Shown one piece after another: positions 50,545 to 60,487 of a DNA stretch of 64,000 nucleotides. Source of the DNA: Acidobacteriota bacterium (GTDB lineage Bacteria; Acidobacteriota; UBA890; WLXD01); contig CAXWPH010000012.1 in NCBI GenBank assembly GCA_963666055.2, positions 96,001-160,000 of the forward strand, read 5' to 3'. The notes beneath the pieces are model-generated. The model worked only from the letters and a program-made list of their open reading frames with translations. It was not told the DNA's origin and searched no databases. Position 1 is the first letter of the stretch. Each line of letters opens with the position of its first letter. The translations under genes and the position numbers were made by a program.

Positions 50545-50573
50545 AGTATACCAAATAAATTTATGGTACACAA
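50545..50573 (-). promoter_or_regulatory. sigma70 promoter (TTGTGT-17-TATACT) overlaid by inverted repeat GTATACCA-N10-TGGTACAC
   Basis: -35 at 50568-50573 and -10 at 50545-50550 on the minus strand; AT-rich island about 70 bp upstream of the lexA-like ATG. Confidence 0.7.
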
Positions 50574-50611
50574 TTTCTGGTATCCGGTCGCCGCCTTCAA
50601 AGGATCTCCGC

Positions 50612-51268
50612 CTATGCGGAGTCCACCTGATCCCGCGGCCAAGGACACAGATCGGCCAGTGCACAGCCCGCACACGCCGGCGTGCGCGCCTTACATGTGT
50701 AGCGGCCATGCCAGACATAGAGACGCGAGATGTCCGCCCAGCGAACCTCCGGATATAGATCGCCGAGGCAGCGCTCGATCTTCACCGGATCCGCGTCGGT
50801 GGTCAGGCCGAGGCGCTGGCTGACGCGCCGACAGTGGGTGTCAACCGCTATGCCCGGCAAGCCGAAGGCTCCGGCGCGGACAACGTTTGCGGTCTTGCGC
50901 CCCACTCCAGGCAACGCGGTCAGCTCGTCCATGCCGCGCGGTACCTCACCGCCGTGGAGCTCAACCAGCATGGCGCAGCAACCTTGCACGCTCTTGGCTT
51001 TTTGGCGGAAGAAGCCCGTGCTGCGCAGCTCCTCCTCGAGCTTGTCACGGGGCGCCGCCGCCAACGCCTTGGCGTCGGGGTACTTGCGAAACAGCTCCGG
51101 CGTTACCTGGTTGACCCGTTTGTCAGTCGATTGTGCCGACAGGATCGTGGCGATGAGCAGCTGTAGCGGCCCATCAAAATCAAGCTCGATCCGGGCCTCT
51201 GGATAACGATGCGCGAGTCGATCGAGGATCTCCGCAGCGCGCACTTCAGTTTCTCGCTGCCCCATCAT
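50612..51268 (-). CDS. nth: Endonuclease III
   Basis: LSAQSTD, LPGVGRKTAN HhH, VDTH, C-terminal CKARTPACAGCALADLC Fe-S motif. Confidence 0.95.
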   Translation of the reverse strand: MMGQRETEVRAAEILDRLAHRYPEARIELDFDGPLQLLIATILSAQSTDKRVNQVTPELFRKYPDAKALAAAPRDKLEEELRSTGFFRQKAKSVQGCCAMLVELHGGEVPRGMDELTALPGVGRKTANVVRAGAFGLPGIAVDTHCRRVSQRLGLTTDADPVKIERCLGDLYPEVRWADISRLYVWHGRYTCKARTPACAGCALADLCPWPRDQVDSA

Positions 51269-52128
51269 CCGACCGCTCCGGCGGGTCCGTCTGGCGAGTT
51301 CCGATCCGCCATGGCGCCGTCGATGCCCCCGACCGACGACACCGATTCACCCTGGCTGGACTCCACAACCTTCACGGCGGTGGTCAGCAGCTGAGTGTGA
51401 CCCACCATTCGATGGCCTGGCCGTGTCTTGCCGGGACGGGCGAGGATCTCGCGCACCAGGATCTCGATGGTCTCGACCACGGCGAACCCGCAGCCAGGCA
51501 GGGCGCCGGCCAAACGTTCCGCTTGGTTGAACGTCGGCGTACCGGCGGCGAACCTACCGCTGCCGCGCAACGCTTCGGCGATGGCATCGAGCTCGGCCCA
51601 GGGCTCAGGAACGTCGGTAAATACGGCGTCGACTCCAGGTTCGAGCGGGTCGCCGACTTCGCGCAAGCGAAACTCCAGGCCTTCCTCGATTCCCGCCGCC
51701 GCCGTGTTGTCGCGCGCCAGCTCGAGGAACTCCGGGCGCCGATCATACGAGTAGACCTTTCCACCCGGCAACACCGCGCAGCTCAGGGCTATCGTCATGG
51801 CTCCCGACCCGGAACCGATCTCGACTACTCTTGCTCCGGATCGCAGGCCGAGGGCAGCGATCAAGAAACTTGCGTCCTTCGGGTACATGATGTTCGTGCG
51901 GCGGTGCACCTTCATCATGCGATCGATCCATCGGGGTCGCAGCAGGAAGATACGCGCCCCGGTATTCGTGATGAGCACCTCCCCCCAGGACCGTCCGATG
52001 GCGTCGTCGTGGTCCATCACGCCCTTGTGCGTCGAGTGCCTTTGGCCCGCCCGCAGGCGAATCAGGAACGTCTTCCCGTCCTCGAGAGTCACGAGCACCT
52101 GGTCGCCCGGACAGATCGTGTCACCCAC
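51265..52128 (-). CDS. trmI: tRNA (adenine-N1)-methyltransferase TrmI
   Basis: IMYPKD, EIGSGSG, DVPEPW, RPGHRMVGHT; AGGAG RBS before GTG 52128. Confidence 0.92.
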   Translation of the reverse strand: MGDTICPGDQVLVTLEDGKTFLIRLRAGQRHSTHKGVMDHDDAIGRSWGEVLITNTGARIFLLRPRWIDRMMKVHRRTNIMYPKDASFLIAALGLRSGARVVEIGSGSGAMTIALSCAVLPGGKVYSYDRRPEFLELARDNTAAAGIEEGLEFRLREVGDPLEPGVDAVFTDVPEPWAELDAIAEALRGSGRFAAGTPTFNQAERLAGALPGCGFAVVETIEILVREILARPGKTRPGHRMVGHTQLLTTAVKVVESSQGESVSSVGGIDGAMADRNSPDGPAGAVG

Positions 52129-52323
52129 GGGTTGAGTCTCCTGATACGCGGCGCTTCGCCGCACGCGAGAGAAGCGGCCGCGGCGCGAGACGGGCGCTGT
52201 GCGCACACCGAGAAGGCGATGGGGCGGCTACTGTAGCACGCTGTCTCGGCGGCCAGAGGGCGCCGGAGACGGTGCTGCGGGTGGTATGCTCGACGGCGCT
52301 TACCACCCTATTCGGAGATCGGA

Positions 52324-53610
52324 ATGTCCGACTTGGTCGCCCCGCTTGGCGGCCTGATCCTGCTGCTGGCCTTGTCGGGGTTTTTCTCCAGCGCCGAGAC
52401 GGCCCTGATGGCCGTCAGCCGCTATCGCCTGCGCTATCTCGAGCGGCGCGGGGTGCGCAACGCACAGATCGTGCGACGCCTGATCGAAGCCCCCGAGAGC
52501 CTGCTGTCGGCCATCCTGCTAGGCAACAACTTCGTGAATATTGCGGCGTCATCGTTGGCTGCCGCCATCGCCATCCGCGCTGCCGGTGAAAACGGCCTCT
52601 GGGTGGCAACGGTCGTGATGACCGCGGCGATCCTCATCTTCTCCGAGATCGCGCCGAAGACGATCGCCGCCCGTAACCCGGAACAATTAGCGCTGCTCGT
52701 AGCGCGCCCGATTCAGCTGACAGTTCGGCTCCTGCATCCCTTCGCGAGTTGCGCCGCCGGCATCGCGGGCCTGCTGATCCGACCCATCGTGGGCACTGCG
52801 ACGGGCCCTCCGCGCGTCTCCGAGGAGGAGATCCGGGGCATGCTCGAGGTCGGCGAGGAGGAGCGCGTTATTGCCCGCGAGAAGCGCCGCATGCTGTCGA
52901 GCATCTTCCGTCTCACCGAGACCACGATCGAAGACGTGATGATCCCTCGCACGCAGGTGAAGTCCGTCGCCCTCGACGCAACCTCGGAGGAGGTGCTGCA
53001 CGCACTACGGGACTCCGGCGCAACTCGATTGCCGGTGTATCGCGACAACCTCGACGACATCGTCGGCATCTTGCACTCGAAAGACGTCTTTCGATATTGG
53101 GAGAACATCGCCGATCTCGACATCGCGGCGATCATGCGTAAGCCGGTCTACGTGCCCGAGACGGCAACGCTCGAGAGACTGCTACGACTATTCCGCCACC
53201 ATCGCCAGCACATGGCGCTGGTCATCGACGAGTACGGCGGAGTGGAGGGCATCGTCTCCTTGGAGGATCTGCTCGAGGAGATCGTCGGCGACATCGAAGA
53301 TGAGCACGATGAGCCGCCAGAGCCCGAGCTGTTAGAGCTTGACGACGGTACCCTGCTGGTCGTGGGCACCTGCCCGATAAGCATTCTGAACCAACGCTAC
53401 AGCCTCGACCTGAACGCTCGCGATAGCACCACGCTGGCCGGTCTGCTGATGGAGTGGAGCGGTGGCATCCCACAGCCCGGTAAGCGTCTTACGCACGGAG
53501 ATCTGACCTTCCACATCCGGCGGGCAAGCCGCAACCGGATCGATCTCGTACGAATCGAAGGCGTATACGCCGACCCGGCCAACCCCGCCGATTCAACGGA
53601 TCCGGCGTAG
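52324..53610 (+). CDS. HlyC/CorC (CNNM-CBS-CorC) family metal transporter
   Basis: [24 protein letters not shown] pair, IDEYGG. Confidence 0.92.
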   Translation: MSDLVAPLGGLILLLALSGFFSSAETALMAVSRYRLRYLERRGVRNAQIVRRLIEAPESLLSAILLGNNFVNIAASSLAAAIAIRAAGENGLWVATVVMTAAILIFSEIAPKTIAARNPEQLALLVARPIQLTVRLLHPFASCAAGIAGLLIRPIVGTATGPPRVSEEEIRGMLEVGEEERVIAREKRRMLSSIFRLTETTIEDVMIPRTQVKSVALDATSEEVLHALRDSGATRLPVYRDNLDDIVGILHSKDVFRYWENIADLDIAAIMRKPVYVPETATLERLLRLFRHHRQHMALVIDEYGGVEGIVSLEDLLEEIVGDIEDEHDEPPEPELLELDDGTLLVVGTCPISILNQRYSLDLNARDSTTLAGLLMEWSGGIPQPGKRLTHGDLTFHIRRASRNRIDLVRIEGVYADPANPADSTDPA

Positions 53611-53645
53611 ACCACAGCCCGTCCTCCGGGCATTCGGATTGGTGG

Positions 53646-54860
53646 TCAGAACAACGACACCTCGACTTCTGCGGCCGCGGCAACGCACGTGATATCGGGG
53701 TCGATCTCGATCCAGCCGCTCGCCTGCGCCATGCTGCTGACCGCACTGGAAAACCTGAACGAAGGCGTTGCAACGTGCCCCTCTACGATGACGGGCAACA
53801 ACTGCGTCATGCCAGCGGGCGACCGCACCTCTTCGCCGAGGTCACAGATACGAGTATTGGGCCCCTCCGGTTGGTGACCGATGCGCCGCACGACCGGATC
53901 GACAAGCGCGTGCGCCTGCATCATGCAAGTCGTAGGAAATCCCGGTAGGCCGATAACCGGGCGCCCGCCTACCCGACCCACCAGCAGAGGCTTGCCGGGC
54001 CGCACCGCGACGCCGTGGACCAGGACCTGGCCGAGGTCCCCGACCACATCCGCGATGAGGTCGCGCCGGCCAACCGAGGTGCCTCCGATGGTCACCACGA
54101 GGTCGAAGCCAGGCCGCTGCAATACCTCGGCGAGGGCGTCCGGGTGATCAACGACGATGTCGGCACGGTCTACCTCCGCTCCGGCGCGGGTAAGCAGAGC
54201 TTGCAGCCCGGCGGCGTTGGAGTCGTATACCTGACCCGGCTTCAACTCAGTGCCGAGCGGCACGACCTCATCACCGGTCGGCGTCACCAACACACGCGGC
54301 CGAGCCCACACCTCGACCTCTTGCAGACCTCCTGCGACACACGCCGCCAGAAAGGCGGCATGAACGATCTGTCCCGCGTTCCCGATGGCACGGCCGACGA
54401 GCAGATCCTCGCCGCGGCGCGAGACATGCTGATCCGCTTCGACGGCGACGCCGATTCTCATCTTGTCTCCGTCGCGCGTCGTGTGCTCGACCGGCACAAC
54501 CGCATCGGCACCGGACGGCAGGGGGGCGCCCGTAGCGATCTCAACGCACGTACCCGGCTCGACCTCGATTTCAGCGGGCTGTCCGGCGGCAATCCGTCCG
54601 CGGCAGACGAGAACGTCGCCCTCCGTCGCACCGTCCGCAGCGCGTAGAGCGAAACCGTCCATCGCTGCCCGGTCGGCGGTCGGGACGTCGACGGCGGCGA
54701 CCGCCGGACTCGCCAACACGCGGCCGACAGCGCTCACGAGCGAGATCTTCTCGGTGCGGTCGATGGGGATCGCCAGCTTCGCCGCCGCGGCTCGAACCTC
54801 GGAATAGCTGGCCAGGGTCGCGAAGGGACGCATCGCGGCGCGTTCAGTGTCGGCGCTCAT
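53646..54860 (-). CDS. moeA: Molybdopterin molybdotransferase (MoeA/gephyrin-like)
   Basis: AMDGFA, IATGAPLP, TGDEV, GGTSVG, RPGKP, LPGFP. Confidence 0.92.
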   Translation of the reverse strand: MSADTERAAMRPFATLASYSEVRAAAAKLAIPIDRTEKISLVSAVGRVLASPAVAAVDVPTADRAAMDGFALRAADGATEGDVLVCRGRIAAGQPAEIEVEPGTCVEIATGAPLPSGADAVVPVEHTTRDGDKMRIGVAVEADQHVSRRGEDLLVGRAIGNAGQIVHAAFLAACVAGGLQEVEVWARPRVLVTPTGDEVVPLGTELKPGQVYDSNAAGLQALLTRAGAEVDRADIVVDHPDALAEVLQRPGFDLVVTIGGTSVGRRDLIADVVGDLGQVLVHGVAVRPGKPLLVGRVGGRPVIGLPGFPTTCMMQAHALVDPVVRRIGHQPEGPNTRICDLGEEVRSPAGMTQLLPVIVEGHVATPSFRFSSAVSSMAQASGWIEIDPDITCVAAAAEVEVSLF

Positions 54861-54894
54861 CGGGGTGCAGTGTAACAGGCTAGACTCGCTCTCC

Positions 54895-56028
54895 ATGGAA
54901 GCCCGCGCGCGCCTGACCGACGCCATTCGCGAGGCCGCCAGCGACGAAGGATTCGATCGCTGCGCCGCCGCTCCGGTGGCGGCACTCGACGCCGCGCCAC
55001 GCCTCCGGGAGTGGTTACGTCAAGGACTCCACGGCGAGATGGCGTGGTTGGAACGAAATGTCGATCGTCGCTGTGAGCCCGGTGTCGTCGTTCCGGGGGC
55101 CCGCTCTGTGTTGATGTTGGCGCGCGACTATCGAACCCACCACGCGGCCACCGAGGACCCTCGACTTGGCCGGCTGTCGCGCTACGCGTGGGGCGACGAG
55201 TACCACGAAGTGCTCGGTGCCGCCATACGGCGCCTCTACGGCCGCATCCAGCGACTCTGTCCAGAGGCCGTAGGACGCTACTACGTCGATACCGGTCCGG
55301 TCATGGAGAAGGCCTGGGCCGAGCTGGCCGGGCTCGGGTGGATCGGCAAGCACACCAACCTGCTCGGCACCCGCACGGGCTCCTGGTTCTTCCTGGCTGC
55401 GATCATCCTGAATGTCGACCTCGACTACGGCACGCCCGAGCGCGACCGCTGCGGCACCTGTCGGGCGTGCATGGACGTGTGCCCGACGCAGGCGATCGTT
55501 GCTCCCTACGTGCTCGATGCGCGTCGTTGCATCTCGTACTTGACCATCGAGCACCGCGGACCGATCCCGCGCTCGTTGCGTGAGCCGATCGGCAACCGCA
55601 TCTTCGGCTGCGACGACTGCCAGGATGTATGTCCGTGGAACCGCTTTGCACGCATGACGGAAGATCCGATGTTTGCGCCGCGCCCGGACAACGAGGCGCC
55701 CAGCCTACGCGAGCTCATGCGTCTCGACCCGGAAGGCTTCCGCCGTCGCTTCCGCCACAGCCCGGTGCGGCGGGCCAAGTACGCAGGATTCCTCCGCAAC
55801 GTCGCGGTGGCGCTCGGCAACTCCGGTGACCCAGCCTCGGCTCCTGTGCTCGCCGAGCGTCTGCGCGATGACGAGCCGCTGATCCGCGGCCATTGCGCTT
55901 GGGCCCTGGGCCGCCTCGGTGGCCAGACGGCGCGCGATTCGCTAACCGCGGCACGCGCGGCGGAAACCGACGTATGGGTTCGCGAGGAGATCGAGCTCGC
56001 GTTGCAGTCGTGTGCCGTGGACGCCTAG
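54895..56028 (+). CDS. queG: Epoxyqueuosine reductase
   Basis: VDTGPVMEK, CGTCRACMDVCP, RCISYLTIE, GCDDCQDVCPWN, HEAT-like tail. Confidence 0.95.
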   Translation: MEARARLTDAIREAASDEGFDRCAAAPVAALDAAPRLREWLRQGLHGEMAWLERNVDRRCEPGVVVPGARSVLMLARDYRTHHAATEDPRLGRLSRYAWGDEYHEVLGAAIRRLYGRIQRLCPEAVGRYYVDTGPVMEKAWAELAGLGWIGKHTNLLGTRTGSWFFLAAIILNVDLDYGTPERDRCGTCRACMDVCPTQAIVAPYVLDARRCISYLTIEHRGPIPRSLREPIGNRIFGCDDCQDVCPWNRFARMTEDPMFAPRPDNEAPSLRELMRLDPEGFRRRFRHSPVRRAKYAGFLRNVAVALGNSGDPASAPVLAERLRDDEPLIRGHCAWALGRLGGQTARDSLTAARAAETDVWVREEIELALQSCAVDA

Positions 56029-56047
56029 CCAGACCGTGGTGGAAAGG
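56025..56047. repeat. Degenerate copy of the element terminal repeat at the queG stop codon
   Basis: CTAGCCAGACCGTGGTGGAAAGG versus consensus CTAGCAGGCCGTGGTGGAAA. Confidence 0.5.
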
Positions 56048-56103
56048 GCACCCGTCCGGGCAGGTTTCTGTGGCATTCTCTAGGCTGCACCAACGGAGGC
56101 TCG

Positions 56104-56958
56104 ATGCGGCTCACCAGGAAGGCTAGCTTGACGGGTATGACGGCGCTGGCCCTTTCCTGCCTGCTGGCTTGGGCGCACGAGCCGCCGCCGACCCTCGTCT
56201 ATCCGGTCGATCTGGTGGCCGACGACGACGGATGGGTAATCGCCGACTTCAAGGCACACGGCTTGTTGCGACTGACGCAGGCCGGCGAGGCCAGGCCCAT
56301 CTACCAGGGGTCGGGAATGCCCCGCTCGCCGTTGTACGGCACGCGCTCGGTGGTTGCTTCACCGGACGGCGACGGCTGGGTCGTCGCCGATCCGGGCACG
56401 TTCGGGCTGTACCGTGTGAGTGCCGGTGGTGAGCTATCGACCATCACGACGGAGCTCGACATTCCGCAGGGTCTGGCCAGGTTCGATGATCAATCGGTGC
56501 TCGTGTCGGATCTGCGCAGCGGCATCGGGGCAGTGCACCGCGTCACCCTCGACGGTCGGGTAACTCTCCTCGCTGACGTCGACAGCCCCAAGGGCATCGT
56601 CGCTGATGGCGCCGACGCCTTTGCAGTCGTGTCGCATGGGGCGCGAGCGCTGTTCCGCATAACGCGGGCAGGCCGGGTTTCTACGATCGCGGCTGGCGAA
56701 CCGTTCGACTTCCCGCACGATCTGGTACGCGACCCGGACGGCAGCTTCGTGGTGACCGACGGTTACGCTGCTGCCCTTTTTCGCGTCTCGCCGGACGGTG
56801 ACGTCAGCGTGCTAGCCCAGGGAGACCCGCTGATAAACCCGCAAGGAATCGTGCGCGACGACGATGGCTACGTGGTGACCGATCCGCAGGCCGGCGCCGT
56901 GTTTCGGATCTCCGTCGACGGCACGGTTCGCCGCATCTTCACAGTCGCCGTTCAATAA
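56104..56958 (+). CDS. Secreted NHL-repeat-like beta-propeller protein
   Basis: Signal peptide and about six repeats of P(Q/K/H)(G/D)(L/I)...VVTD...LFRV...G. Confidence 0.8.
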   Translation: MRLTRKASLTGMTALALSCLLAWAHEPPPTLVYPVDLVADDDGWVIADFKAHGLLRLTQAGEARPIYQGSGMPRSPLYGTRSVVASPDGDGWVVADPGTFGLYRVSAGGELSTITTELDIPQGLARFDDQSVLVSDLRSGIGAVHRVTLDGRVTLLADVDSPKGIVADGADAFAVVSHGARALFRITRAGRVSTIAAGEPFDFPHDLVRDPDGSFVVTDGYAAALFRVSPDGDVSVLAQGDPLINPQGIVRDDDGYVVTDPQAGAVFRISVDGTVRRIFTVAVQ

Positions 56959-56967
56959 CACACCATT

Positions 56968-57528
56968 TCAGCCAGTAACCACCTGGTAGATTGCCTCGCC
57001 CTTGTTGCGCAGCTCCTCGTCGGACAGGCCCTCGAGCTCGTGCGGGAATACGATCCATTCATCGGTCTCGACCTGCCAATAGTCCGGCCGAATTCCGGTC
57101 TCGTTGCGCAGAGGCTTGTAGTACACGGTTGCGACGCGTAGCTCCGGGGCGTTGCGACGCGCCCGTCGACGGATCTGCTCGAGGATCGCCGCCATCGTAT
57201 GACCGGTGTCGAACACGTCGTCGATGAGCAACACGCGGTTGTCAGCCTCGATCACGTTGATGATGTGCTCGAGCCCCTTGATCTCCACCCCCGAGTCACC
57301 GCGCTGCATCCCCTCGTAGGACTGCGTCTTGATGGTGGTGTGGTACGGGTCCAGGCCGCGCAGCCGGAAGTACTCGTGAATGAGGATCCCCGGAGGCGTG
57401 CCGCCGCGCCAGATCGCTATGAGAAAGTCAGGGCGGAAGCCATCGTCCCAGATCTCACGTGCCAGGCGCACCGATTCCAACATCAGGGTGCGCGCATCGA
57501 TGAAGATCTTCGGGATCGTTTTACCCAA
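56968..57528 (-). CDS. Type I (purine) phosphoribosyltransferase
   Basis: IWRGG, PRPP loop VLLIDDVFDTGHT, WIVFPHE. Confidence 0.9.
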   Translation of the reverse strand: MGKTIPKIFIDARTLMLESVRLAREIWDDGFRPDFLIAIWRGGTPPGILIHEYFRLRGLDPYHTTIKTQSYEGMQRGDSGVEIKGLEHIINVIEADNRVLLIDDVFDTGHTMAAILEQIRRRARRNAPELRVATVYYKPLRNETGIRPDYWQVETDEWIVFPHELEGLSDEELRNKGEAIYQVVTG

Positions 57529-57590
57529 GGCCGCCGGCTCCGCTCAGCAGGGCTGACCAGAGCCAGAACGCTAGCAGACTTGGGCGTGGC

Positions 57591-57606
57591 GGGCATGCAT
57601 TTTGCA
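57591..57606 (+). promoter_or_regulatory. Putative sigma54 (-24/-12) promoter upstream of glnA
   Basis: GGGCATGCATTTTGCA matches TGGCACG-N4-TTGCW with correct GG-N10-GC spacing. Confidence 0.5.
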
Positions 57607-57841
57607 CCGTGCTCGATCGGCAGTCCCTCGCCTGGCGGTCGAAAGGTGTCGGCAACGCTCAGGTTGGTTGACGGCCGCCAGGGGCGTGGATAGGCTGACC
57701 ACTTCAGGGGCCTCCCCAGCGGCGTGCGGTGGCCGCGTGGATCGGGGGCGAGCATGGGGGCTCGGGGGTTCTTCCTTGCACCAGCGCTAGCCCGATCTGT
57801 TGCCGTACCCGTCTGGGAATCGACTGTATGGAGAGCGTTGT

Positions 57842-59278
57842 ATGGGGTTTGTCGGGCACCAATTTATCCAGCAGGTTCAGGAATTTTCCGACCAGATGGT
57901 GCGCTATACGTCCAAGCATTTGGACGTCGTCGCGGGCGTACCGCGGGGGCTGAGCCTGTCGAGCGTCGACGAGGTGCTGGCGTTCGTTCGAGAGCACCAG
58001 ATCACATCGATCCGTCTGTGGTTCACTGATATCCTCGGGTTCCTCAAGACCTTCGAGATCACCCAACACGAGCTCGAAGGCGCCTTCGAAGAAGGCATGG
58101 GATTCGACGGTTCGTCGATCCATGGATATCAGCGCATTCAAGAGAGCGACATGGTTGCGGTGCCTATCCCGGAAACGGCTCAGTTCATTCCGTTCCAGAT
58201 CGGCCCTTCGCGCTGTATCCGCATGTTTGCCGAGGTGCGCAACCCTGACGGCCGCCCCTACGCAGGCGATCCACGCTATATCCTCAAGCGCCAGCTCGAC
58301 CGCTTGACTGCCCTCGACTTCTCCCACATGAACATCGGACCCGAAGCGGAGTACTTCTACTTCCGCGACGGGCACTCGACCGATGGCCTCGATCAGGCTG
58401 GGTACTTCGACCTGGTACCGACCGATGCTGGCGATGACCTGCGCGAGGCAACGGTGTTCGCGCTCGAAGCCATGGGCATCCAGGTCGAGTACACGCATCA
58501 CGAGGTAGCGCCGTCGCAGCACGAGATCGACCTGAAGTACGACGAGGCGCTGCGGATGGCCGACAAGCTGCAGACCTACAAGTGGCTGGTCAAGGAGGTC
58601 GCACGGCGCAACGGCGTACACGCGACCTTCATGCCCAAGCCGCTGGCGGGCCAAAATGGTAGCGGCATGCACACCCACCTGTCGATCTTCAGCGGCGACA
58701 GCAACGCTTTCTATTCTGCCGACGACGAGCACCATCTGTCGGCCACCTCAAAGTGTTTCCTTGCAGGAGTGCTGGCTCACGCGAAGGGAATCTGCCTGCT
58801 TACCAACCAGTGGTACAACTCGTACAAGCGGCTCGTCCCGGGCTACGAGGCCCCGGTGTACATCGCCTGGGCGGTGCGCAACCGATCGGCTCTGGTGCGC
58901 ATCCCCCAATACAAGCCCGGCAAGGAGGTGGCGACCCGCATAGAGATGCGATTCCCGGACGCCGCGTGCAACCCGTACTTGGCATTCGCCGGCATGCTGG
59001 CGGCAGGGCTCGATGGTCTGGAGCGCGAGTTGCCGCTACGCGACCAGAGCCCCGAGGATCTGTACCACCTGTCCGCCGTGGATCGCGTCGAGAAAGGCAT
59101 CGAGGCGCTGCCACACGATCTGTTCGACGCCGTCGAGTGTGCGCGCCAGTCCGACTTGCTGCGAGAAACCCTGGGCGAGAAGGTCGTCGACAAGTTGGTC
59201 GAAACCAAGATCGCCGAGTACGACGGCTACCGACTCCATGTCTCCAATCGCGAGCTCGAAGAGAGCTTGAAACTCTAG
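57842..59278 (+). CDS. glnA: Glutamine synthetase type I; start uncertain
   Basis: FTDILG, FDGSSI, HHEVAPSQHEI, ATFMPKP, GSGMH, KRLVPGYEAP, NRS, NPYL. Confidence 0.95.
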   Translation: MGFVGHQFIQQVQEFSDQMVRYTSKHLDVVAGVPRGLSLSSVDEVLAFVREHQITSIRLWFTDILGFLKTFEITQHELEGAFEEGMGFDGSSIHGYQRIQESDMVAVPIPETAQFIPFQIGPSRCIRMFAEVRNPDGRPYAGDPRYILKRQLDRLTALDFSHMNIGPEAEYFYFRDGHSTDGLDQAGYFDLVPTDAGDDLREATVFALEAMGIQVEYTHHEVAPSQHEIDLKYDEALRMADKLQTYKWLVKEVARRNGVHATFMPKPLAGQNGSGMHTHLSIFSGDSNAFYSADDEHHLSATSKCFLAGVLAHAKGICLLTNQWYNSYKRLVPGYEAPVYIAWAVRNRSALVRIPQYKPGKEVATRIEMRFPDAACNPYLAFAGMLAAGLDGLERELPLRDQSPEDLYHLSAVDRVEKGIEALPHDLFDAVECARQSDLLRETLGEKVVDKLVETKIAEYDGYRLHVSNRELEESLKL

Positions 59279-59315
59279 TGTCTGGTAACCGGGAGGCACG
59301 GAACAGCGACCTCCA

Positions 59316-60017
59316 GTGAGGCGAGCAGCGGCTGTCGCCGGCTATGTCGCGATCATGGTCGCCGTGGCCCTGGCCTACGAGACGTTCACCGGCAGTCTGA
59401 CCCCGGCGACTTTCCTGACCATCGCCGGGTTCTATATTGCTACCTCGGGCATCATCACCACCTTCGCAGTGTGGACGGCGGACGAGATCGGCCTGCCGAG
59501 CCTGCTGATCCTGTCTCCGTTGCCAGCGCGAACGCTCTGGAGGCGGTGGGCCATCTACGGTGTCGGCGTTGGGCTGCTGCTGTGTATGGGCAGCATCGTG
59601 CTGTCCAGCGGAGAGGGGGTGGCTCTTCGTCCCTGGTTCTGGAGGCGCATCCAGACACCCCTGGGAACGGTGCTATTCTCGGCGCGCGCAGCGTTGCTCG
59701 AGGAGACGTTCTTCAGGTTGTTCATGATCCCGTTCCTCGTCTCGATCGTCGTGAGGATGAGGCCGCGACAACACCGCCTGCGACTGGAGGGCGGCGCCGC
59801 CCGAGCCATCACGACCCAACCGCAGCCGAGCCGCTGGATGGTTGCCGCGGCAGTGCTCATCTCATCTGTGCTGTTCGGGCTCGCCCATCCGTTCAGCCCG
59901 GTGCCGGCGATAGTGTTGTCTCCGTTGCTGGCGGTTAGCTACCTACGCGGTGGCTGGGAGTCGGCAGTGACTGCCCACTTTGTCGCCAACGTAATCGTGT
60001 TCTCGGTGTACTTCTGA
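59316..60017 (+). CDS. CPBP/Abi (CAAX) family intramembrane protease
   Basis: EETFFR, FGLAH, AHFVAN motifs. Confidence 0.85.
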   Translation: MRRAAAVAGYVAIMVAVALAYETFTGSLTPATFLTIAGFYIATSGIITTFAVWTADEIGLPSLLILSPLPARTLWRRWAIYGVGVGLLLCMGSIVLSSGEGVALRPWFWRRIQTPLGTVLFSARAALLEETFFRLFMIPFLVSIVVRMRPRQHRLRLEGGAARAITTQPQPSRWMVAAAVLISSVLFGLAHPFSPVPAIVLSPLLAVSYLRGGWESAVTAHFVANVIVFSVYF

Positions 60018-60086
60018 CGAACACCGAAACCGATCGTCGAGGTTGGCGTATAGAGAACCGAGGCTCCGGGGCAACAGGAGAAGATC

Positions 60087-60410
60087 GTGGAAGTCATTGG
60101 TGTTCTGATCGGCTTGATCGCCGTGATCGCGGTCGGAGCTGTGCTCGTGGTGCTCCTCGGCGTGCTGCTACTGCCGTTGGTCGTGCTCATGAAGCTGATC
60201 GGCTTTGGTGTGCAGGTGGCCTTCTCGACTATCGGCTGGGTGTTCGGCGGCCTGTTGTTGTTGCCGGTGATGGTGCTGATGCTGCCGGTGGCCCTACTGC
60301 TCGGAACCCTACTGCTGCTGAAGCTCGTGATCCTGGCGGTGCCGCTGCTATTGCTGGGGCTGGTGGTTTGGGCTCTCGTTACGATGATCCGCAGGCCGGC
60401 GACCGCATGA
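60087..60410 (+). CDS. Small hydrophobic membrane protein
   Basis: AGGAG RBS and 107 aa that are almost entirely hydrophobic. Confidence 0.7.
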   Translation: MEVIGVLIGLIAVIAVGAVLVVLLGVLLLPLVVLMKLIGFGVQVAFSTIGWVFGGLLLLPVMVLMLPVALLLGTLLLLKLVILAVPLLLLGLVVWALVTMIRRPATA

Positions 60411-60487
60411 CACTGTCGATCGGCGTCGCGCTACCTCCACGAGGTCGAGCTACCCGTCGTTGACTCGCAGCTGAGCGCGCACCCGAG

